Part shown: positions 60,344 to 64,000 of the stretch, piece by piece | Layout: every line of letters starts with the position of its first letter | How positions within the stretch are numbered: the stretch's first letter is position 1 | Assembly: GCA_021730945.1 (NCBI GenBank) | Contig: JAKFYH010000049.1 | Span: forward strand, 19,855 to 83,854 | Length of the DNA: 64,000 bases | Source: Acidobacteriota bacterium | GTDB lineage: Bacteria; Acidobacteriota; Vicinamibacteria; Vicinamibacterales; UBA2999 | Direction: 5' to 3' | The notes under the pieces: generated by a model | Told to the model about the DNA's origin: nothing | What the model saw: only the letters and a program-made list of their open reading frames with translations | The model's database searches: none | Position numbers and translations under genes: made by a program

Positions 60344-62185
60344 ATGAGTACGATGATCAGGCACTCCGCATCGGTCGCGGCCGGGTTGCTGGCCCTCGGT
60401 GTGCTGGCGGCCGCCCAGCAGCCGCCGCCGCCGCAGCAGCCGATCTTTCGTGCCGGGACCGACCTGGTCCGAGTCGACGTTACCGCGACCGTGCGCGGCG
60501 ACGAGCCGGTCGCCGACCTCGATCTCTCCGACTTCGAGCTCACCGAAGACGACGTGCCACAGGTGATCGAGACCATGAAGTTCGTGCGCGTGGACGGTGC
60601 GCGCACCACGGATCTCAACGAACCGTTGGAGATCCGGTCGCGCGAGCACGCCCTGCTGGAGGCCGCGCGCGACGACGTGCGGTTGTTCGGGATTTTTCTC
60701 GACGACTACCACATCGACAAGCGGCCCGAGATCACGCTGCCCCTGCGCGCGGCGGTCAGCAGTTTCATCAACTTGCTCGGTCCCAACGACCTGGCGGTGA
60801 TCATGGAACCGCTCGAAAGCCTGCGCGACCTGAAGTACACGCGTTCGAAGTCCGACCTGCTGGCCCGGGTGCAGAAGTTCGAAGGCCGCCGTGGCGAGAC
60901 CTTTCCCCTGAAGAGCGTCGCCGAAGAAGCGCAGATGTCGCAGCGCAACTGGATGGAGTTGCGGGCCGGAGTGACGCTGTCGGCGCTCGGCGCCCTGGCC
61001 ACGCAAATGGGCGGGCTGCGCGAGGGCCGCAAATCGATTCTGTTCTTCAGCCAGGGGCCGCCGGTGCGGCCCGGTAGTCCGAACGACGTGGTGATGAAAG
61101 AGGCAATGGAGGCGGCCAATCGCGGCAACGTCACCATCCACGTGATCGACCCGCGGCCGCTCGGCTCGGTCGGGTTTGGCGGCGACGACATCCTGCGCCG
61201 GATTGCCTACGACACCGGCGGTCGCGCCATTGTCAGCACCAACGATCCGGAGCATCACCTGAAGTCGGTGATGGCCGATGCCAGCGCCTACTACCTGGTC
61301 GGCTATACGCCGACCCGCCGCGACAACGACGGCAAGTTCCACGAAATCAAGGTGCGCGTGAAACGCCGCGGCGTGAGGGTGACGGCGCGGCGCGGCTACT
61401 GGGCGGCGAGCGAAAAGGAAATGACGGCCGCGGCGGAGGCGGCCGCCACGCCGGTCAACGCGGCGCTGACGACCGCCTTGGCGGCGGTGGCCGACTCTTC
61501 GGCCTCGACCCGGGCAGTGAGCGTGTGGACCGGCGTGTCGAAGGGCGAAGGCGATCGCACCCGGCTCACGTATACCTGGGAGGCGACGCCTGGATTGCCG
61601 GCCGCCGATCGCCCCGTGCGCCTGGAGGTCGTGCCGGTAGACGAAGCGGGCAAGGAAACCATGCCGGCGCAGGTGATTGGCGGCGGCCCCGGTGAGTTGC
61701 CGATGATGGCGCGATTCGAGTGGCCGGCCGGGCGGCAGCGCCTAAGGCTCACCTCGATGACGGCAGCAGGTGAAACCCTCGATCGCTGGATCCAGACGCA
61801 GGCCGTGCCCGACCTCTCGAAGAGCGAACTGGTGCTGTCGACACCGCGGTTCCTGCGCGCCCGGACCATGATCGAACTGCGCGCGATCGAGGCCAACCCG
61901 TCGCCCGCGCCCACCGCCACCATGCGATTTGGCCCGACCGAGCGGGTGCTGGTGGACGTGGACTACGCGACCACCGACGGTGGCGTCCCGGTAATGAAGG
62001 TGGACCTGCTCAACGCCCGGGGCGATGTTCTGCGGGCGCTCGACGCGCCGCCGCCGGCCGACGGGCGGCTGCGGCTGCCGCTGCCGGTCTCGAGCCTGGC
62101 CAACAGCACCTACATCCTCCGAATCACGGCGACCGCCGGTGAGCACTCGGCGGAGCAGTGGGTGGCATTCCGGGTCGCGAGGTAG
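60344..62185 (+). CDS. Secreted VWFA (acidobacterial VWFA-related type) protein with C-terminal extension
   Basis: The start is ATG 60344. The N-domain is IFRAGTDLVRVDVTATVRGDEPVADLDLSDFELTEDDVPQVIETMKF. The later motif is FHEIKVRVKRRGVRVTARRGY. Confidence 0.85.
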   Translation: MSTMIRHSASVAAGLLALGVLAAAQQPPPPQQPIFRAGTDLVRVDVTATVRGDEPVADLDLSDFELTEDDVPQVIETMKFVRVDGARTTDLNEPLEIRSREHALLEAARDDVRLFGIFLDDYHIDKRPEITLPLRAAVSSFINLLGPNDLAVIMEPLESLRDLKYTRSKSDLLARVQKFEGRRGETFPLKSVAEEAQMSQRNWMELRAGVTLSALGALATQMGGLREGRKSILFFSQGPPVRPGSPNDVVMKEAMEAANRGNVTIHVIDPRPLGSVGFGGDDILRRIAYDTGGRAIVSTNDPEHHLKSVMADASAYYLVGYTPTRRDNDGKFHEIKVRVKRRGVRVTARRGYWAASEKEMTAAAEAAATPVNAALTTALAAVADSSASTRAVSVWTGVSKGEGDRTRLTYTWEATPGLPAADRPVRLEVVPVDEAGKETMPAQVIGGGPGELPMMARFEWPAGRQRLRLTSMTAAGETLDRWIQTQAVPDLSKSELVLSTPRFLRARTMIELRAIEANPSPAPTATMRFGPTERVLVDVDYATTDGGVPVMKVDLLNARGDVLRALDAPPPADGRLRLPLPVSSLANSTYILRITATAGEHSAEQWVAFRVAR

Positions 62186-62286
62186 GGCAGACGGTGCATG
62201 GACGCGTGCCGACCGACTGGACTGCCCGTAGAATGTGCCGACCCTGGGAATGCCGCCCAGCGGCGATCCGAGGAGCCGGATACCCG

Positions 62287-64000
62287 ATGAGACGAGTCAC
62301 GACGTTGCTGCTTTCGCTCGGCCTGGCAACAGTACTGGGGGCCCAGGCGCCAGTCGTGCACTCGACAGCCCTCGGTGAATGGCCAACCTACGGCGGTGAT
62401 CTCGCCAGCAGTAAATACTCGCCGCTCGATCAGATCAACGCCACCAACTTCGGCACACTCAAACCCGCATGGCGGGCCAAGTCGCCTGACGGATTCCTCA
62501 GTCTGACGCTCCCCGATGGCAGCGAGTGGTTCGCTGATTCCAAGCTGATCTTCGACGAGCTCAATCACCTCGATCCCAAGCGCTGGCGCGATGGCCAGCC
62601 CCCCTTCGTGCAGAACTTCAAGGCGACGCCGCTGATGGTCAACGGCACGCTCTACGTCAACACCGCCGCCTCGGTCGGCGCCGCCTTTGATGCCCGCACC
62701 GGCGCGCTCAAGTGGGTCTACAACCCCAAGAGCTACGAGGCCGGCACGACCACGCTGACTTTGCGCTGGAACCAGCGGGGTGTGGCGTATTGGAGCGACG
62801 GCAAGCAGGAGCGCATCTACTGGGGAACCGGCGACGGCTACTTGGTCGCAGTCGATGCCAGGACCGGTAAGCCGGTCGCGGGTTTTGGACAAAACGGCAA
62901 AGTGGACCTGATGCAGGGGCTGCCGCGAGCCAAGCGCGGCACGCGCGACTTCCTCAATGCCCTGACCTTTTCCGTGCAGTCGCCGCCGATCGTCGTCAAG
63001 GACGTGGTGATCACGCCGGCGTCGATTTCGTCGCTGGTGAAGGACAAGGAACAGATCCCCGGCTGGATTCGCGCGTTCGACGTGCGCACCGGGCAGGTGC
63101 GCTGGACGTTCCAGACGCTGCCGTCGAAGGGCGAGTTCGGCAGCGAAACGTGGTCGGACGGCTCGAACGAGTACGCCGGCAAGGTCACGGTGTGGACGAT
63201 GATGAGCGCGGACGAGGAGCTGGGGCACGTCTACCTGCCAACCAACACCACGGCACCCGACTTCTACGGCGCCCATCGGCTCGGCGACAACCTGTTCGCC
63301 GAAAGCATCGTCGCGCTCGATGTGGCGACCGGCAAGCGGGTGTGGCATTTCCAGACCGTGCACCACGGTCTGTGGGACTACGACAACCCGGCCGCGCCCA
63401 ACCTGCTCGACATCACGGTGGCCGGCCGGCGGGTGAAGGCGCTGGCGCAGATTACCAAGCAGGGCTACGTCTACACCTTCGATCGCGTTACCGGCATTGC
63501 GGTGTGGCCAATCGTCGAGCGGCCGGTGCCCGCCTCCGACGTGCCGGGCGAAAAGGCGTCGCCCACTCAGCCGATTCCGTCACGGCCCGCCCCCTATGAA
63601 TACCAGGGAGTGGCGGTGGAGGATCTCGCCGACTTCACGCCTGAGATCCGCGCGGCGGCAATCAAGGCGATCCAAGGGTTCCACTACGGCCCGCTGTTCA
63701 CGCCCCCGTCGGTGCAGGGCACGATCGTGCGGCCGGGTACCACCGGCGGCGGCAACTGGCAGGGCGCCGCGGTCGATCCCGAAAGCGGTTTCCTGTACGT
63801 GCCGTCGCGCAATGCTTACGGCGTGGTCAAGCTGGGGGTGCCCGAAGCAGCGGTGGGCAGCAACCTGCTCTACATGCAGCAGCCTGGACGCAGCCCGCAA
63901 ATGCCCGATGGCCTGCCGCTGTTCAAGCCGCCCTATTCGCGCATCACCGCTATCAACATGAACACCGGCGATCACGTGTGGATGACCCCGGCCGGCAACG
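62287..64000 (+). CDS. PQQ-dependent dehydrogenase (glucose/quinate/shikimate-type quinoprotein), 3' end beyond window
   Basis: Own translation from ATG 62287 gives MRRVTTLLLSLGLATVLGAQA...GEWPTYGGDLASSKYSPLDQINATNF. In frame at 63301 it reads ESIVALDVATGKRVWHFQTVHHGLWDYDNP. It is not in the ORF track because it runs off the edge. Confidence 0.85.
   Translation, partial: MRRVTTLLLSLGLATVLGAQAPVVHSTALGEWPTYGGDLASSKYSPLDQINATNFGTLKPAWRAKSPDGFLSLTLPDGSEWFADSKLIFDELNHLDPKRWRDGQPPFVQNFKATPLMVNGTLYVNTAASVGAAFDARTGALKWVYNPKSYEAGTTTLTLRWNQRGVAYWSDGKQERIYWGTGDGYLVAVDARTGKPVAGFGQNGKVDLMQGLPRAKRGTRDFLNALTFSVQSPPIVVKDVVITPASISSLVKDKEQIPGWIRAFDVRTGQVRWTFQTLPSKGEFGSETWSDGSNEYAGKVTVWTMMSADEELGHVYLPTNTTAPDFYGAHRLGDNLFAESIVALDVATGKRVWHFQTVHHGLWDYDNPAAPNLLDITVAGRRVKALAQITKQGYVYTFDRVTGIAVWPIVERPVPASDVPGEKASPTQPIPSRPAPYEYQGVAVEDLADFTPEIRAAAIKAIQGFHYGPLFTPPSVQGTIVRPGTTGGGNWQGAAVDPESGFLYVPSRNAYGVVKLGVPEAAVGSNLLYMQQPGRSPQMPDGLPLFKPPYSRITAINMNTGDHVWMTPAGN

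Overview
This is a G+C-rich, very gene-dense chromosomal segment. I call about 54 protein genes, two of them truncated by the window edges. I found no rRNA, tRNA, CRISPR array, transposase or integrase.

**Likely origin.** The gene content looks Acidobacteriota-like, which is an inference from family content only. It has four secreted VWFA proteins of the acidobacterial 'VWFA-related' type, one orphan duplicated MacB/FtsX-type ('ADOP'-like) permease, and a PadR regulator.

**Coding themes.**
- Secreted or periplasmic peptide and D-amino-acid catabolism: prolyl oligopeptidase, M20, DmpA/S58, S51, a beta-lactamase-fold hydrolase, an amidase, D-aminoacylase and a DAO-like flavoenzyme.
- A methionine-branch cluster with an unusual MetX-homoserine dehydrogenase fusion.
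- Housekeeping and other genes: IspH, MsrB, TrxC, an ABC-F ATPase, a bis-MGD molybdoenzyme, a PQQ dehydrogenase and an ECF sigma factor fused to a large membrane domain.

**Most unusual signal (non-coding).** Short tandem repeats fill several intergenic spacers: heptamers CCCTGAT/CCCCGAT and YCCCAAG, hexamer GTTTCA, heptamer GTTGAAA, octamer CAATCCCG, a 14-mer and a 58-mer. Two small 'rRNA-intervening-sequence-type' genes (a four-helix-bundle protein and a GxxExxY protein) are each bracketed by inverted arms built from these repeats. Other non-coding features are a 15-bp perfect palindrome (CGGTGTC-N-GACACCG) present four times at two intergenic sites, a 163-bp element with perfect 20-bp terminal inverted repeats, and an orphan C-terminal relic of a type I restriction HsdR gene.

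**Limits.** All calls come from reading the ORF track and the sequence. No searches were run. Many long ORFs in the track are antisense shadows, or N-terminal over-extensions that read through the repeats.
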